DNA of 64,000 bases, from the NCBI GenBank assembly GCA_037130265.1, contig JBAXTI010000001.1:32418-96417 (forward strand), written 5' to 3'. Every line of letters starts with the position of its first letter. Position 1 is the first letter of the stretch. The notes below the pieces were generated by a model that saw only the letters and a program-made list of their open reading frames with translations, was not told where the DNA came from and did not search any database. Shown one piece after another: positions 1 to 10,140 of the stretch. The translations under genes and the position numbers were made by a program. This stretch comes from a bacterium (GTDB lineage Bacteria; Patescibacteriota; Minisyncoccia; Phycocordibacterales; JBBTRF01).

Positions 1-486
1 CTTCACCTCCTCGAACGCCTCGCTCTTCTGTGCCGCCTCCTTCACCCTGTCTTTTTTGGCAAACAAACCAGAGGCGCTGTCCTTGTTGAGCATGGAAGAG
101 CTGTACGGCACGACCACGAAGAAGCTCTTGGTCATGATGTTGGCCGATTCGGTGAATTTCTTGATGAATTCAATGTACTCACGAGTTTGCAGGCGGAGCA
201 ACTCCCCTGTCTGCTCCTTGTATCGATTTTCGAGCAGCGCGATGTATGGGCGGATGTCGAGTCGGCGTGAGCTCACGAAGATCTGCACGGTGAAGTCGAG
301 AGAGTTGAGGAAATTTTGGAATTGGTAGATGATCGCCTCCTGACTCTCGGTGGATTTGAGAGCAAAGTTGAGAGAGGAAGTGAGAAGGAGTGCACGCATC
401 GAGCCATCTTTGAGAATGGCAATGCCATCCCTCACCTCTTTGAGAGGGACAAATTGCTGGCTCGGTGCTGATTTGGTGAGGGCCAT
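1..486 (-). CDS. Conserved CPR protein of the PrgI/VirB4-associated cluster (TraC/VirB4 N-terminal-like); runs off the window edge
   Basis: Not in ORF track. Manual translation from ATG 486: MALTKSAPSQQFVPLKEVRDGIAILKDGSMRALLLTSSLNFALKSTESQEAIIYQFQNFLNSLDFTVQIFVSSRRLDIRPY..., open to position 1; directly downstream of prgI. Confidence 0.8.
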   Translation of the reverse strand, partial: MALTKSAPSQQFVPLKEVRDGIAILKDGSMRALLLTSSLNFALKSTESQEAIIYQFQNFLNSLDFTVQIFVSSRRLDIRPYIALLENRYKEQTGELLRLQTREYIEFIKKFTESANIMTKSFFVVVPYSSSMLNKDSASGLFAKKDRVKEAAQKSEAFEEVK

Positions 487-507
487 GTTTCGCTTTATTA
501 TACCCGA

Positions 508-957
508 TTATACTTGTTTGTTGTCCTTCGTGACGGGATTCGTAAGATCTTTCGTGGTCACATCCAGACTCCAAGTCATGTCTTTCAGCTTGCTATCGGC
601 CAAGCGCGGGACGTATAGATTGTCGAGGTCACTTGAAGATTCGCGTTCCTCGGTCGTTCTCGCCACCGGTTTTTTGTCCTGTTTCTTCCAGATATATAGC
701 TTCTCCCCAATGTAGTATTTGAAGACGTTTTCGACGAAGAGGATGAACGTTTGGCGCTCATTTGGGTGATAGAAGGCGAGAGCGAGGGCAAAGGCCCCGA
801 CAGGAAGTGCCGCCATGACGCCAAAGAGCAGGCCCAAGTATCGGATGATCACGAAACACATCCCCGCCCCACCAGCAATATAGACGAACTGCTTGATCGT
901 GAGAGGACCAATAATCTTGTCTTCCACCTCGATGAATTGTGGAACTTGAAACCGCAT
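508..957 (-). CDS. prgI: PrgI family membrane protein
   Basis: MRFQVPQFIEVEDKIIGPLTIKQF N-terminus followed by two TM helices, typical of CPR PrgI. Confidence 0.85.
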   Translation of the reverse strand: MRFQVPQFIEVEDKIIGPLTIKQFVYIAGGAGMCFVIIRYLGLLFGVMAALPVGAFALALAFYHPNERQTFILFVENVFKYYIGEKLYIWKKQDKKPVARTTEERESSSDLDNLYVPRLADSKLKDMTWSLDVTTKDLTNPVTKDNKQV

Positions 958-1020
958 ACGGATATTATACCGCAGGCACGCGAAATGTCGGTGGGATTAG
1001 TGGCACTGGTCGCCGACGGC

Positions 1021-1635
1021 TTAGTTGATTGCTTCTCGGTACGGGTCTGGTTCGGTGTTAGTGCGCGAGATCTGCGGCGGCAAGCTGGTTGGTCGGCTCA
1101 TCTTCTGCTCCGCGAGGGTCTTTGGAGCGAAGGTGGGTGCAAATGGTGTTGGTTGCGATGCTGCGGGTGTGGAAGGGGTTGTGGGCGTGGCGGTTGTGGC
1201 GCGGGGCGACATATCGCCGGTGAGTGCGATCTTCCCTGGCGAATGGACCTCGAGGAGATGCTCGAAATGTGTCTCTACCGCAGGAATCTCTGCCTGTTCG
1301 CTCTGTGGAATCTCGTGGATGAGGATGAGGGACTCTCGGACCGGTCGGAAGATATTTTCGTTGATCTCGTCGGCGATTTTTTGGGCTGTCGTCGTCGGAA
1401 TATTTGCCAGCTGTGCGATGCGTTGGGAAAACCCTTTTATTGGGTCGACTGCCATGAGGATGTTGCAGGTTAGAGAATTGAGTTGCCACAACAGGCTGCT
1501 GACGACTCGGTGCTCCGTTCCGATTCGTTCGGTAGTCATCCTTGTTTTTTCATCAACGATGACGTCCTGAAGATCCTCAGGGATCTGCCAGAAGCGCTCA
1601 TCCAATTCTTTTTCGGTGCTGATAGAGTATTTCAT
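1021..1635 (-). CDS. Conserved CPR hypothetical protein
   Basis: 204 aa, in-operon; INENIFRPVRESL core, Pro/Thr-rich linker, C-terminal DPYRE motif. Confidence 0.75.
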   Translation of the reverse strand: MKYSISTEKELDERFWQIPEDLQDVIVDEKTRMTTERIGTEHRVVSSLLWQLNSLTCNILMAVDPIKGFSQRIAQLANIPTTTAQKIADEINENIFRPVRESLILIHEIPQSEQAEIPAVETHFEHLLEVHSPGKIALTGDMSPRATTATPTTPSTPAASQPTPFAPTFAPKTLAEQKMSRPTSLPPQISRTNTEPDPYREAIN

Positions 1636-1640
1636 TGGTG

Positions 1641-4175
1641 CTATTTTTTATCTCCGACTTTCGCTTCACCCCCACCCCCCTCCTTTTCCTTACCCTCCTT
1701 CTCCTTTTTATCAGACTCCTTTTCTTCACGTTTTTCACGACTCTCTTCTATTTTTTCAAGCTTCTTGTGAAGTTCGTTACGAGTTTTCTGTGATTTTAAT
1801 ATACGGCGCTTCTGGATCTGCAGCGAGTGTCTTGATTCTGGGGACAGTTTAGGGTCTGCAAGGTCATCTGCGATTTCTTCCAGAGTGACGACTTCTTCCT
1901 CGGCAAGCTTCTCACGTGCCTCCTTGTATCTCTTAAACATCTTTTCGAGCTGTTCGGCCTTCTTTTCCTTGTCAGCCATTGCCTCGATCTTCGACAATTC
2001 ATCAGCAGCTCCTGCGGATATATCGGCCTGAAGCGTTTTCCACTTCCTCCCCTCCTCAGTGCTCTCGTCATGTGCCTCAGGAAGCGCAGGGCTTAGTGCA
2101 GAATTTCTTGAGCTCTTGATCTCGGCACCAATGTTCTGCATATACGCGAGTATTCCCTTCTCCCAAGCCGCACCTTCTTCTGTCTTCTTCGCGTCCTTCT
2201 TCGTGTCCTCCTTGATTTGTTTATTAACAGCAGCAACTGCAGCAACATTCTCTTTGAAGCTTTCGCCAACACGGTATGGTTGGAAGTTCACCTTGGTGTT
2301 TTTGATGTTTTCCTTGGTCCAGGTTTTAGGATCAAGCGCCTTCAAATTAGTTGCGACATTCAAGGCTGGGGCGACAGGAGTGCCCGTCTTAATTGCCTCA
2401 ACATATCCCTGTTGTCGCTTTGGCTTTGCGTCGCCCTCCTTTTTCTCGAAGTCTTTCTTCTCACTTTCATATTGAGCCTCCCGCATTGCAAATGCCTCGG
2501 CACTTTCAAATGTTTTTCTGTACGGCTTCGGCTGGTTCCATTCAACAACCTTAGACATTCGTCCGTATCCTTCCTTGGCATTTTTCTCCGACTGTTTTAC
2601 GGCCCCATCAAACCCACCTTTTGCGCCACCAAAATCGGCACCAGCGACATTTTTAAGACTACTGTTCATGAGGCGACCAGCCAAAGGACTGACTGATTCG
2701 ATGTTCTTGGCAAAACCACTGTCCCGCGCTGCTGCGGCAGCTCTTCCGAGGGTATTCCTGCCAACCACGCCTTGCAGCTGCCCCTTCTTCTTTTTGAGGT
2801 AGTCGGTGAATACCTCCCCTCCTTCGATACCCACTTTACTTGCGCTCTTCAGAGCGTAGACCATCATTGCAATAACGATGATGAAGCGGAAAACGATGTT
2901 CACGGTCGTGCCGCTCAATGTTGAAAACAAACCAGAAAACCCGTCTGCCCCAGGTGCAACTGTCTGAAAACCAGGACTCTGCAGGATTTTGAAGGTGATC
3001 CACATCATGGCCATGTAGACGGGAGGAAATACGACATTTGCTTGAAGTTCTTTCCACCAATTGCTTTGATACTCGCCCAACTGTGGGAGGACAAAGCCAG
3101 CAAAAGCAATCGGTGAGCGAATCATGAGGAAAATGATGTCAATGAATCGCTTGAGGAAGAGCCAGCACGCCGCGACCATCACCACGATAGTGACACAGAT
3201 GAAAATGCTGCCCATGACAGTGGAAAGGATGTAGGCGAAGGTAGTCACTGGACTGTTAGCTATGTCGGTAACCACTCCACCGTATTTTGGCTTGTAAATA
3301 GTTTCAAGCTTCAGCGATTGCATAATACTGTTTGAGATGCCACCCGCACCGGATGTGCCGGTTGCAATCGAGCCGGGATTAATAGCCCCGGCCCCAACTC
3401 CAGGAAGCTGACTGTAGAATCCAATAGTGACAATGTTTGAAAGATCGAGCGCGACCTTGGTGATGAAAAGACTGAAGTTGATGAGTAGTGCCGCGAGTAC
3501 CAAGTTCCCTACCGTCTTTTTCCAATCGACTTTTTCCAAACCAAGAATAGTGCCTACTGCGGCATAGAGCAATGCAAAAATAAAGAAGAGGTTGATGAAG
3601 TCGCGGATCACTTTCCAGATGTCGGTGATGACGCCGAGACTGTCGATGGTGGTTTTGAGATTGACAATTGTCTTGTCGATGATGAAGTTGAAAACCAGGC
3701 CGACCAAGCCAAGTACCCAGCCGAACATCATCAGGATGGTGTTGCCAATGATTTTCATCGCGACAGGAATCCAGTTGTACGGATTGAGCATTCTCAAAGA
3801 AAAAACCGTGTCCTGATTTCCACTCCCCCCAGCCTGCTTCGGGTCGGTGTTATTCTGGCTCTGCGTGTTTGCTGAGGTGTTGCCGGAGCTCTGTTCAAGG
3901 GCGTCGGTGGCCGCATTTGGGTTGGCAGCCTGATTGATATTTGAAGTCTGCTCGAATGAATTGGTGTCCGCGTTTGGATCGGCTGGCGCTGTAGGCGGTG
4001 CGGTCTCGTTGGTACCCTCTTCCGGTGCGACATTTTGTGCCGGCGGAGTTACGGGAGGTGGCGCTGTCTCACTGCTACCTTCCTCAGCCGAAACGACATT
4101 TGCAAAGATTGAGCAAGTCAAAACCAGTACCATGAGTCCGGCCGCTATGTATTTGTACACAGAGTTGGTTTTCAT
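1641..4175 (-). CDS. Polytopic membrane protein, TrbL/VirB6-like, with C-terminal coiled coil
   Basis: 844 aa; signal peptide, low-complexity N-terminus, WKVIRDFIN...AALLINFSLFITK motif, several TM helices, Lys/Glu-rich tail. Confidence 0.75.
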   Translation of the reverse strand: MKTNSVYKYIAAGLMVLVLTCSIFANVVSAEEGSSETAPPPVTPPAQNVAPEEGTNETAPPTAPADPNADTNSFEQTSNINQAANPNAATDALEQSSGNTSANTQSQNNTDPKQAGGSGNQDTVFSLRMLNPYNWIPVAMKIIGNTILMMFGWVLGLVGLVFNFIIDKTIVNLKTTIDSLGVITDIWKVIRDFINLFFIFALLYAAVGTILGLEKVDWKKTVGNLVLAALLINFSLFITKVALDLSNIVTIGFYSQLPGVGAGAINPGSIATGTSGAGGISNSIMQSLKLETIYKPKYGGVVTDIANSPVTTFAYILSTVMGSIFICVTIVVMVAACWLFLKRFIDIIFLMIRSPIAFAGFVLPQLGEYQSNWWKELQANVVFPPVYMAMMWITFKILQSPGFQTVAPGADGFSGLFSTLSGTTVNIVFRFIIVIAMMVYALKSASKVGIEGGEVFTDYLKKKKGQLQGVVGRNTLGRAAAAARDSGFAKNIESVSPLAGRLMNSSLKNVAGADFGGAKGGFDGAVKQSEKNAKEGYGRMSKVVEWNQPKPYRKTFESAEAFAMREAQYESEKKDFEKKEGDAKPKRQQGYVEAIKTGTPVAPALNVATNLKALDPKTWTKENIKNTKVNFQPYRVGESFKENVAAVAAVNKQIKEDTKKDAKKTEEGAAWEKGILAYMQNIGAEIKSSRNSALSPALPEAHDESTEEGRKWKTLQADISAGAADELSKIEAMADKEKKAEQLEKMFKRYKEAREKLAEEEVVTLEEIADDLADPKLSPESRHSLQIQKRRILKSQKTRNELHKKLEKIEESREKREEKESDKKEKEGKEKEGGGGEAKVGDKK

Positions 4176-4176
4176 G

Positions 4177-5082
4177 TTATTTCAGCCCACTACTCATGAT
4201 CTTGCTAATGCCCAAGTTGGCCAAAGCGATCACGATATCGTCGAATTCTCGGGCGAGGTTCAGGTAGTCGAGCTCGTTTCCCGTCGCTTTGCTGAGCTGA
4301 TCATTGATAAGGTTTCCGGGGGTCTTGATTGTGCCGTCGCTTGAAAGAAGCGACTTGAAGCCCTTGCCCCAATCAAGCGTGACCTTCGCCGTGTTCTGTC
4401 GACTCGTCACTCGAGCAGCGACGATCTCCTCGCCCATGAGCTGCGAGCCGAATGGGTTGTTCTGCGCCTGGCTTGTCATGGAGATCCAGCCCGGCCAACC
4501 ACCCTGACTGAAATCACCACCCACGAAACCTTGGAGATTTTTTACGATGCCGGTGATACTACATCGAGATGGTGCAGTGTAGCGATCGCGTTCCCGCAGG
4601 AATGAAAGTTGGAGTTGAAGGCGGAATGGGTCGCAGACGAAACCAAGCCCCGACCCGTCAATCATACGACCGATTTCTTGATCGGCGATCTTCCCGAAGA
4701 AGCCGGCTGGATCGGTGACGAAAGTTGGCCCTCCCTCAAAACCGCGATTGATCCAGTCAATGATCGATGATACGAGGGCGTGTACGACGGCCCTTGAGAG
4801 TGTTTTTACAATGAAGTCGAGGAAGCATTTTCGGTCGGTGATCTGATTTTGCGCAAGACCGATCTGCGTAGTTATCGTAATGACCCCGAGGTCGAGTACC
4901 GGTACAGCGATCGGAATAACTGCAGGGACAGGTGGTCTTGGAATACAACCAAAGAACGCCTCAGCTTTTTGTGGCGCAACAAGGGGTAGATCACTCGGTA
5001 CAAGGGTAACGAGGAGAATGGCAGTCACAAGAAAAAAGCATATCGCGTTTTTTCCTGCATTAGCAATGCGAAATCGCTTCAC
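4177..5082 (-). CDS. Conserved secreted/membrane protein of the CPR T4SS-like cluster
   Basis: 301 aa; signal peptide; SIIDWINRGFEGGPTFVTDP, GGDFSQGGWPGW and NNPFGS motifs; likely GTG start. Confidence 0.7.
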   Translation of the reverse strand: MKRFRIANAGKNAICFFLVTAILLVTLVPSDLPLVAPQKAEAFFGCIPRPPVPAVIPIAVPVLDLGVITITTQIGLAQNQITDRKCFLDFIVKTLSRAVVHALVSSIIDWINRGFEGGPTFVTDPAGFFGKIADQEIGRMIDGSGLGFVCDPFRLQLQLSFLRERDRYTAPSRCSITGIVKNLQGFVGGDFSQGGWPGWISMTSQAQNNPFGSQLMGEEIVAARVTSRQNTAKVTLDWGKGFKSLLSSDGTIKTPGNLINDQLSKATGNELDYLNLAREFDDIVIALANLGISKIMSSGLK

Positions 5083-5096
5083 CTCACAATTTTATC

Positions 5097-5990
5097 TCAC
5101 TGCCCTATAAGGGTAAAGGCATAACCCGGATCTTTTGTGGAGAATACAATGCCTTTTTTGGTGAAGTACTGCCCGACTGATTTCAGTGCGGCATTAAGTG
5201 CTGTGACATTTTGATCATAGGCCGAAAGGTGCGAGATGGCGGTGGCCGGATCGCTCTCGAATACCGCGAAGTGTGCGATGTTGACGCCGATCCGGCCAGT
5301 GACATTGGCGAGGACCACCTGGAGGGGTTTTGCATCACTCGGGATAGTCATTTGTACGAGCTTTTGGCCAATCTTCTCATATGCATCAGCCAATGCTCTC
5401 AGATTGTCGAGATCTTCTGAATTAGCGCCGCCCTCGGCCATTTTGGCGAGCAACGAAAGCTCGTTACCAGCAAGGTTTTTGGGAGAATTTTCCACAATCA
5501 GAGTAGCTAGGGCGTTGCCGTAGGTGCGAATTTGATCTGGGGTGGGGCTGGAAATAAGCCCAAGATTGGCCCCTGTGTAGGTAATGTACTCGATTTTCTT
5601 GGTATTTTCCTCGATAACGTTGTTCACGAGATTCGCTTGGAGTTCTGGGGTGATTTCCTGGCCGTTATTCTTCAAAATCAAGTATTTGGCGAAAAGATCA
5701 ATGGAAATGCGCTCAGTGAGGTTGCGTTGATCGAAGCTCTTTTCAGCATCAGAAACCTTGGATTCGGTCGTTGAAACGCCAGTTTCGCTGCCAGAAGTGT
5801 TAAAAGTGTCTCTGAAAAGGCCGGAATTGCTGCCGGAGACTGCCTGAATCTGTGCGCCACTGCCCACTTCCCCATTTTCAGGGCTGTTCCCAAGCTCGAT
5901 ACTCTTACCGGTCCGGCCAAGCAACACTATCCCCGCCACGGCAGCGAGTACGACGATTCCGAAAGCAATTTTTTTATAAAGAGGTTCCAT
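5097..5990 (-). CDS. Membrane-anchored hypothetical protein
   Basis: N-terminal TM after MEPLYKK; helical C-terminal domain paralogous to that of 6357..7256. Confidence 0.7.
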   Translation of the reverse strand: MEPLYKKIAFGIVVLAAVAGIVLLGRTGKSIELGNSPENGEVGSGAQIQAVSGSNSGLFRDTFNTSGSETGVSTTESKVSDAEKSFDQRNLTERISIDLFAKYLILKNNGQEITPELQANLVNNVIEENTKKIEYITYTGANLGLISSPTPDQIRTYGNALATLIVENSPKNLAGNELSLLAKMAEGGANSEDLDNLRALADAYEKIGQKLVQMTIPSDAKPLQVVLANVTGRIGVNIAHFAVFESDPATAISHLSAYDQNVTALNAALKSVGQYFTKKGIVFSTKDPGYAFTLIGQ

Positions 5991-6360
5991 AAAAGAGTAC
6001 GATCGGTCCGCCATAAGTGACACAAATATGAGTACCACAGTAGAAGTAGCAGTTCATGTACCCCGAAGCTTCGCCGAGGATAAACTGCCCCTCAGATATC
6101 AGCGGTCCGACAGCAAATGGCACAGATACATAGGTCACGAAATAGTAGGTGGTAAGAGATGGCGGTCCAGGTGGTCCGATGATGAATCGTTCGCCCCCAA
6201 GACAGACACCGGGTGGTTCGAGATAGAGTACCGGTCCACCAAAAGGGATCACTTGTGCATCCACTGGCGCTGGCGAGACGGAAGTAACAAATAAAAGACT
6301 AAAGACCAGCAATGCGGGAATATAGCGTAGCACTTTTTGTTTTATTTGAAACCTCATCAC
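5974..6360 (-). CDS. Small secreted Cys/Gly/Pro-rich hypothetical protein
   Basis: 128 aa; signal peptide then PFGG motif, 4 Cys, ends YGTSL; overlaps both neighbours. Confidence 0.7.
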   Translation of the reverse strand: MMRFQIKQKVLRYIPALLVFSLLFVTSVSPAPVDAQVIPFGGPVLYLEPPGVCLGGERFIIGPPGPPSLTTYYFVTYVSVPFAVGPLISEGQFILGEASGYMNCYFYCGTHICVTYGGPIVLFYGTSL

Positions 6361-7256
6361 GGTCGATTGAAAATAACCCCGGCCTCCCCAGCCCCGAATC
6401 GGATCCCTTTGTCTTTAAAAAATTGCATCAGAGCAATAAGCACCTTTGCATTTTCTATCACGGTATCATTATATCGCATCATGGACTCCGCGGTGATTGT
6501 CGTGCCAGATCGTCCGCTCCAAATGCTGTTCAGAGTATCCGCCTGTGTCGCGTAACTCTCTGAAATTTTCTTGTGAATTTCTGTTACTGAAGAGGCCTCT
6601 TGTTCGAGTGATATGCTGGAAACTTTCTTCGCAAACGAGTCAACTGTTTTTGCGAACGCCCCCAGTGAGTCGATCTTCTCTTGGCTCGGACTGTTTATCG
6701 TATCTACCAAAAGGTGGCCTATTTTATAGGTTTCTATGCTTTTGGTGTATGCGAGAATCGCTGTTGCGAGATCGTTGCCGTATTTTCTCAAGGCCTGTTC
6801 CGTGCTGACTGTAGCACTTTTTTGGGTGGTCGTTGCGACACCTTTGTTTTTCGTGGTCGTTGGTTCAGGCGCACTAGCTTCAATGTTCACCGTGCGAATC
6901 CTAAGAAGTTTTTCTCGTGTGAGTTTTCCAACAAAACCGGTTCCTGCGTTTAGACCGGCGGGCACGAGAACTTCCACGGGGTATTTTTCCTGGAAACGGA
7001 TGACCGCAGCAAGTGTCGCCTTTCCAAAGAAATCTGTTTCAAAACCAGCTGACCCTGCCCCACTCTCGGACACGATAGTATCGGCGTCGACATTCAAGAG
7101 TTGTTGAAGTGAGCGGACTTCTGGGTCGTGCATGCCAATGAATAGATTTTTTGACAGCATGCCTGCCTCAGCTTGCGCGACGGACGAGCGGGTCGTCGTA
7201 AAAAAAAGAAAAAACAGACAAAAAAATATGAAAATGGTCGAGGATCGGAAATCCAT
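6357..7256 (-). CDS. Secreted peptidoglycan-binding domain protein
   Basis: Signal peptide; LFIGMHDPEVRSLQQLLN...FFGKATLAAVIRFQEKY...GTGFVGKLTR is PG_binding_1-like. Confidence 0.8.
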   Translation of the reverse strand: MDFRSSTIFIFFCLFFLFFTTTRSSVAQAEAGMLSKNLFIGMHDPEVRSLQQLLNVDADTIVSESGAGSAGFETDFFGKATLAAVIRFQEKYPVEVLVPAGLNAGTGFVGKLTREKLLRIRTVNIEASAPEPTTTKNKGVATTTQKSATVSTEQALRKYGNDLATAILAYTKSIETYKIGHLLVDTINSPSQEKIDSLGAFAKTVDSFAKKVSSISLEQEASSVTEIHKKISESYATQADTLNSIWSGRSGTTITAESMMRYNDTVIENAKVLIALMQFFKDKGIRFGAGEAGVIFNRP

Positions 7257-7258
7257 CC

Positions 7259-8065
7259 CTAAATCATAGCACACAGCTTCCCCCAATGTTCGAGCGTCAC
7301 CTCTTCCGCGCGCACTTTTTCGCCTAGGCCGAGCGTGGCGAGAGTTTCCGCACGTTTTTCAGCAGGAATTTCCAGGTTGCTCGCGAGGATTTTGCGTTTA
7401 TGTGAGAACCCCTTCTTCACGACTTCAAAAAATGCGGTTTCTGTAAGCAAACGGTCGAGGAAAAACTGTTTCGAGATCTTGTCGATGAGCAAAATCGCCG
7501 AATCCACTTTCGGTTCCGGAGAAAAATACTTGGCCGGCACCTTTGCGATGTATTTTGGCGTGCCGTACGCCTTCACACTGATTGAAAGAATGCTTTCCTT
7601 GCCGTCGCGGGCCACGATACGCTGTGCCACTTCTTTTTGGAGCATCAACACCATTTTGCTTGGCTGGTATGCCGACTCGAGGAACATGCGGAGGAGTTGG
7701 CCGGTGATGTAGTAGGGGATATTGGCGATGATCTTGTACTGCCCTTCGCGCAGGCCGCACTCCGCGAGCTTTTCGAGGGTCATTTCCAAGATGTCGCCGT
7801 GGATGAGGATGAGCTTGCCCGAGGCGAGCGAACCGGCAAACGCCTCTCGCAGCAGAGGGATCATGCGGTCGTCTTTTTCGATGGCGATGAGGCGGCCACC
7901 GGAGGAGAGTTTTGCGAGCAGTGCTTCGGTCAAAACCCCTTTTCCTGGGCCAATTTCAAGGATATTGTCGCCCGGCTGGATGTCTGCTGCAGACACGATA
8001 TCTCGCACTGCCTCTTTTGACTTGAGGAAGTTCTGGCCGAGCGATTTTTTGGCAGGGAGATGCAT
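7259..8065 (-). CDS. rsmA: 16S rRNA m6,2A1518/1519 dimethyltransferase RsmA/KsgA
   Basis: KKSLGQNFL, ILEIGPGKG, ANIPYYIT, FSPEPKVDSA motifs. Confidence 0.97.
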   Translation of the reverse strand: MHLPAKKSLGQNFLKSKEAVRDIVSAADIQPGDNILEIGPGKGVLTEALLAKLSSGGRLIAIEKDDRMIPLLREAFAGSLASGKLILIHGDILEMTLEKLAECGLREGQYKIIANIPYYITGQLLRMFLESAYQPSKMVLMLQKEVAQRIVARDGKESILSISVKAYGTPKYIAKVPAKYFSPEPKVDSAILLIDKISKQFFLDRLLTETAFFEVVKKGFSHKRKILASNLEIPAEKRAETLATLGLGEKVRAEEVTLEHWGKLCAMI

Positions 8066-8092
8066 TGTTTTGTTCCTCTACCCTACCCGAAA

Positions 8093-10072
8093 TTAGTCGA
8101 AATAGAAAGAGCGGCCGGTGCGCGCGGGCCGCTGGTATTCGTACGAGGCCGCTTCAACATTGTGGTCGGCGATGTCGCCGAGAAATTCCGAAGGCACGTT
8201 CATGCGTTTGCTGCCGAAGATCGTGCGCACGCCAGCGAATGTGAGGTAGAGGCGCTTCTTCGCGCGAGTGAGGGCGACGTAGAAAAGTCGGCGCTCTTCT
8301 TCAGATTCGGACTCGCTCATACGTTCCTCGCTGAGTTTCAGGTGCGGGAAGAGATCTTGTTCGAGGCCGGTGATAAAAACGTGTTCAAATTCGAGACCTT
8401 TCGAGGCATGGACGGTCATGAGCTTCACGGCGTTCTTCGCTTCTTTCATTTCGTCTTGGTCAGATTGCAGCGCGGCTTCCTCGATTAGTTTTTCGAGGCC
8501 AGAAGCCGCGCTGGTTTCTGTGCCAAGCGTCACCGGCGGCAAATGATCGTACTTTGTCGAGAGTGTCACCAATTCCTGCAAGTTTTCGAGGCGCTCGAGG
8601 TCCTCATCGGTGCCTTTTTTGTATTCGGCCTCAAGACCGCTCGCTGAAACCACGAAGCGCATCACCGAAGATGGCTTCTCTCGAGTCGCGAGATCGCGGA
8701 TCTGTGTCAGTACGTTGCGGAAGCTTTGGATTTTGTCGCGCACTGCCCCACTCAGGCTCTCTTCCTGTCCGCTAAAGATCTTCAGCAAGGTCACTTTGCC
8801 AATGCCGCGCGGCGGTTCGTTGATGATGCGCTTCAAGTCGGCCAAGCCTTGCGGATTCAACGCCGCACGCAGATACGACAGTGCATCTTTGATTTCTTTG
8901 CGTTCAAAAAACTTCGTACCGAGTAGCTGGTATGGCACACTGTGCGCCAAAAAAGCTTCCTCGAGAATGCGCGATTGGAAGTTGGCACGAAACAGCACAG
9001 CGATCTCGTTTGGCTCTACTCCGCCACGGATTAGCTCATTGGATTTCTCCGCGATGTAGTGCGCCTCCTCGACTTCGTCATATCCCTCGAACATCACGAT
9101 CTTCTCCCCTGCTCCCTGACGAGTGAAGAGATTTTTCTCGCGACGCTTCTTGTTTTTCTTGATCACCGCGTTGGCCGTATCCAAAATAGTCTTGGTGGAG
9201 CGATAATTTTCTTCGAGCGTCACGACTTTCGCTTCTGGATAGTCTTTTTCGAAATCCATGATGTTCTTGATATCCGCGCCGCGCCAGCTGTAGATGTTTT
9301 GGTCGATGTCGCCGACCACGCAGAGGTTGCGGGTCTTGCTTGCGAGCAACTTGGCGATCATGTACTGCACTTTGTTGGTGTCCTGGTACTCGTCGATGTG
9401 GATATATTTCCAAATACCCTGATACCGCTCGAGCACTTCTTTGTGATCGCGCAACAGCAGCGCGCTTTTCAGGAGAAGGTCATCGAAATCGAGTGCCTGC
9501 TCTTTCTTTAGATGCTCCTCGTACTTTTTCCAGACGGTCGCGACGATGTTGGAGAAGTATTCGTTGCTGGTGAGTCGAGTAAACGCTTCGACGGTGGTGA
9601 GATTGCCCTTTTCGCGCGAGATAACACGGAGAATTTTGGCCGGCTCGAATTGTTTTGGATCAAGGCCAGCTTCAATGACCGCTGCTTTCACCGCGCTGGT
9701 AGCATCGGTCTTGTCGAAAATAGTGAAATGTCGATTGAGACCGATGAGTCGGCTGTTCTCTTTCAAAATATGTACCCCGAGCGCGTGAAAAGTGCTCACA
9801 AAGGGTTTTTCCTCAAAGCTCACCGGCATGTTGAGGCTCTCATCTTCCCGGATCAGCTTCAGCACGCGCTCGCGCATCTCCTTGGCTGCTTTGTTGGTGA
9901 ACGTGATCGCCAATACCTGGTGTGGCGCAATTCCCTGCTTTACGATGTGCAAAATACGATGGGTGACGGTCTTGGTTTTGCCTGCTCCTGCACCGGCGAG
10001 TATCAAAAGCGGTCCTTCAATCTGCAAAACCGCCGATTTTTGTTCGGAATTAAGACTCTCGAGATGTTTCAC
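8093..10072 (-). CDS. pcrA: ATP-dependent DNA helicase PcrA/UvrD
   Basis: AGAGAGKT, TFTNKAA, DEYQDTN, MTVHASKGLEF, EERRLFYVALTRA; probable GTG start at 10072 (ORF open to 10102). Confidence 0.95.
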   Translation of the reverse strand: MKHLESLNSEQKSAVLQIEGPLLILAGAGAGKTKTVTHRILHIVKQGIAPHQVLAITFTNKAAKEMRERVLKLIREDESLNMPVSFEEKPFVSTFHALGVHILKENSRLIGLNRHFTIFDKTDATSAVKAAVIEAGLDPKQFEPAKILRVISREKGNLTTVEAFTRLTSNEYFSNIVATVWKKYEEHLKKEQALDFDDLLLKSALLLRDHKEVLERYQGIWKYIHIDEYQDTNKVQYMIAKLLASKTRNLCVVGDIDQNIYSWRGADIKNIMDFEKDYPEAKVVTLEENYRSTKTILDTANAVIKKNKKRREKNLFTRQGAGEKIVMFEGYDEVEEAHYIAEKSNELIRGGVEPNEIAVLFRANFQSRILEEAFLAHSVPYQLLGTKFFERKEIKDALSYLRAALNPQGLADLKRIINEPPRGIGKVTLLKIFSGQEESLSGAVRDKIQSFRNVLTQIRDLATREKPSSVMRFVVSASGLEAEYKKGTDEDLERLENLQELVTLSTKYDHLPPVTLGTETSAASGLEKLIEEAALQSDQDEMKEAKNAVKLMTVHASKGLEFEHVFITGLEQDLFPHLKLSEERMSESESEEERRLFYVALTRAKKRLYLTFAGVRTIFGSKRMNVPSEFLGDIADHNVEAASYEYQRPARTGRSFYFD

Positions 10073-10140
10073 CCGAATACTATACCATGGGGACAGCGCC
10101 ATTGACTTCTAGGGGGTATCCGATAGACTTTAATTGACCC

